Of a stretch of 64,000 bases of DNA, positions 60,830-64,000 are shown in pieces. Within the stretch, counting starts at the first letter, position 1. Each line of letters begins with the position of its first letter. The stretch is from Octopus vulgaris. Taxonomy: Eukaryota. The DNA lies in NCBI GenBank assembly GCA_951406725.2, contig OX597842.1:2542001-2606000 (forward strand), in the 5' to 3' direction. Made by a program: the position numbers and the translations under genes. Below the pieces are notes generated by a model, which did not search any database, was not told the origin of the DNA, and saw only the letters and a list, made by a program, of their open reading frames with translations.

Positions 60830-62490
60830 ACTTTACCCATGTATCATGTGATGGACAGAACATGTTGCTCTGATGTTCATTAATCATATATGATACACGT
60901 TCCCAATTTCTTTCAACCACCAAAGTAACTTGGAACTTTTGAAAGGAAAACTTTATATTAATTACTCAGAATGAATTAAACAAGAGCCAACTAAAAGTTT
61001 GGATAAACTTATGAAAATGCTTTGGATAGGCAAATGGTTATCTTCAATGTCAATAAGAGATTAAAACCAACATTATTTTCATTTTTCCGGTGCTGATATA
61101 ATAAAGTACCTGTGAACTTCTGGGGAAGATTTAATTCTTTATCTGTTTTGTGTGTTACAAACAATACACAGAACATATTGCTCTGGCGTTCATTGATCAT
61201 ATATGATACATGTTCCCATTTTTTTCCAACTACCAAAGAAACTTGAAACTTATGGAAGGAAAGCTTTATTAATTACTCAAAATGAATTAAACAAGGGCCA
61301 ACTAAAATTCTGAAAAATAAGCATGGATATTGAGGACAAACTTATGAAAATGCTTTGGATAGACAAATGGTTATCTCTACTATAAAACATCTTAGGCGTC
61401 AATGGAATTATAAGAGAAGATTAGAACCAACATTACCTTTCATCTTTCTGGTATTGATGAAATAAAGTACCCCAGTGAATCTGCCTCAGTGAAATTCTGG
61501 GGTAGATTTAACTCTTTTTGTCTGTCCTAATAATCCCATAGGATACACAAGACATATTTTCCTGGCATCCATGCATCGTATCTGATACACATTCTCAATC
61601 TTTCATCGACCACCAGAGTGACTTGGGACTTATGAAAGAAAAGCTTTATATTCATTCAGAATGAATTGAACAAGGGTTAACTAAAATTCTGAAAATAAAC
61701 TTGGATGCTAAGGACAAGTTTACGAAAATGCTTTGGATAGGCAAATGGTTATCTCTGCTATAAAATATCCTCAGTGTCAAAGGAATTACAAGAGAAGACT
61801 AAGAGTAACCCTTTCATCCTTCTGGGGTCAATGAAATAAAGAACCAGGGAAAAACTGGGGTAGGTTTAATCATTTGTCTGTCCTGTGTATTACTTATGAC
61901 ACACAGTACATATTTCCCTGGGGTTCATGCATCATATATGATAGTCATTCCTTATTTTTTTCCAACCCCAGATTAACTCAGGACTTATGACAGGAAAGCC
62001 TTATATTACTTTTATATCCTTCTCTAGTTTGGATTTACAGATTTCTCAAAGCAGGGATAGACATAACTGTCTTCACACAACGTACTCAACTAAACATGAT
62101 ACTCCACTAAACACAAACTCCCAACAATCTCAATGACTCCTACAAATTCCTTCATCTCAACCAATATGCTACTCTGTATAAGAGTTCAGCTAGTTGGTTC
62201 TTCCAATCCCACAGGAGTGTCAATGACTCTTGCCACAACAATTACTCGGAATGTATTAAACAAGGATTAACCAAGCATGAACGCTTAAGACAAACTTATG
62301 AAAATTATTTAGACAAGCATTGCTATAAAATATCTTCAATGCCAGTGGAATTATAATAGAAGACTAAGATTAACATTATCTTTCGTCAGTGAAATTCTGG
62401 AGTAGATTTAATCATTTATCCATCTTGTGTATCATATACAATACACAGGAGATGTTTCCCTGTGGTCCATGCATCAAATATGTTACAGAC
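60830..62490 (+). repeat. Old tandem array of a ~330-380-bp unit (about 4.5 copies) containing a decayed SINE B body
   Basis: CTTATGAAAATGCTTTGGATAG.CAAATGGTTATCT at ~61008, 61341 and ~61719, degenerate at ~62295; AATGAATTAAACAAG recurs with the same period. Confidence 0.8.
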
Positions 62491-62639
62491 GTGGCCAAAA
62501 ATTTGGAACATAGGTCTGAAAATTAGAATTTTTATATTTAGTGCCCAAATATATATGTTGTATGTATTTGAATCTAATTGTACTTGGGTATAACAATTCT
62601 GATTTTCAAAACAATGATCCAAACATTTTGGCCTCAACT

Positions 62640-63232
62640 CTTTCACTTGTTTCAGTCATTTGACTGTGGCCATGCTGGAGCACTGCCTTTAATCAGAAAG
62701 GTGGCAAGCTGGCAGAAACGTTAGTACACCGGGCGAAATGCTTAGCGGTATTTCGTCTGCCGCTACGTTCTGAGTTCAAATTCCGCCAAGGTTGACTTTG
62801 CCTTTCATCCTTTCAGGGTCGATTAAATAAGTACCAGTTACGCACTGGGGTCAATATAATCGACTTAATCCATTTGTCTGTCCTTGTTTGTCCCTTCTAT
62901 GTGTAGGCCCTAGTGGGCAGTAAAGAAATAAGATTGACCCAAGGACTTATTCTTTGTAAGCCTAGTACTTAGTCTATCGGTCTCTTGTGCCAAACCGCTA
63001 AGTTACTGGGACGTAAACACACCAGCATCAGTTGACAAGCGATGATGGTGGGGGACAAACACAGACACACAAATACATATATATATATATGATGGGCTTC
63101 TTTCACTTTCGGTTTGCCAAATCCAATCACAAGACTTTGGTCAGCCAGAGACTATAGTGGGAGACACTTTCCCAGTGGGACTGAACCCAGAACCATATGG
63201 TTGGGAAGCAAGCTTCTTACCACACAGCCACT
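62640..63232 (-). mobile_element. SINE family A copy interrupted by a full-length SINE B (62698-62932, +); further SINE A halves at 63285-63500 and 63868-64000
   Basis: SINE A tail 62640-62692 resumes at 62933 after the family B unit. Confidence 0.8.
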
Positions 63233-64000
63233 ACACATTCTTTTCCTTCTTAATCACCCTCATTGGCTCATACATATATATTCTTTTATTCTTTTACTTG
63301 TTTCAGTCATTTGACTGTGGCCAGGCTGGAGTGCCACCTCAAAGGGTGTTAGTCGAAGAAATCGACTCCAGAACTTGTTCTTTGTAAGCCTAGTACTTAT
63401 TCAATCGGTCTCTTTTGCTGAACCACTAAGTTACAGGGACATAAGCACATCAGCATTGGTTGTCAAGCATGGGAGCGGGGAGACAACCACTGACATACCC
63501 ACACACAAAAATATATATATATATATCTTATATCAAACTTTTTAATACTTTTTGATAGTTATATATATTTAAAAAAATATATATATATAATTTTTAAAAA
63601 ATAAAAAATAAAAATAGAAATAAAAATTATAATAAAAATAAAAATAATAAAATATATATATATATATAAAAATTTATAAGTTTAAATTAATAATTTTAAA
63701 AAATTTTTAAATTTTAACTTTTAATTTAAATAATTTTAATTTTGAATTTTATATTTCATATATTTTGTATATTATATTAATTAATTTATTTCTATGTTTT
63801 GGTTTATGTTTTTCACTGTTTGATTTGCCTAATAGTGGTTTTATCTCTAATTTAAAATATATATATATGATGAGCTTCTTTCAGTTTCCCTCTACCAAAT
63901 CCACTCACATGGCTTTGGTCAGCCTGAGGCTATAGGAGACACTTGCCCAAGGGGCCAAATTGGGATTGAACCCAGAACCATGTGGGTTGGGAAGCAAGTT

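Noticed and set aside
63500-63800. Extremely AT-rich segment
   Set aside because: Low-complexity sequence inside a SINE microsatellite; it could include low-quality consensus and shows no interpretable structure

Overview
AT-rich, repeat-saturated eukaryotic DNA. The SINE families and microsatellite density point to an octopod cephalopod (Octopus-like) intron or intergenic region; this assignment is inference. I find no supportable host protein-coding exon. Almost all ORFs in the track are microsatellite or SINE translations, and the only real protein similarities are broken transposon pieces: an L1/Tx1-like LINE 3' end, R4/Dong-like restriction-endonuclease LINE fragments, RTE fragments and mariner transposase remnants. 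Other mobile elements are four SINE-like families (about 50 copies or fragments), two Helitron-like elements, a hAT MITE with a perfect 8-bp TSD, and several 56-380 bp tandem arrays. Three signals stand out. (1) Several distinct minimal type-I hammerhead ribozyme motifs sit in Penelope-like repeats, including one with an intact core and an unusually long stem II (12613-12694, minus strand). (2) A tRNA-headed SINE shares its terminal 42 nt with the 3' end of an L1/Tx1-like LINE and swaps tails between copies. (3) Short unique islands are dense in transcription-factor motifs, several in duplicated copies where only the motifs are preserved (XBP1/CREB3-like plus homeodomain; Sox-N6-GTGACATCAC; POU/AP-1; K50 homeodomain), alongside a CpG-rich island at 21.5-21.9 kb. 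Many inverted repeats could form dsRNA if the region is transcribed. Coordinates of decayed repeats are approximate.
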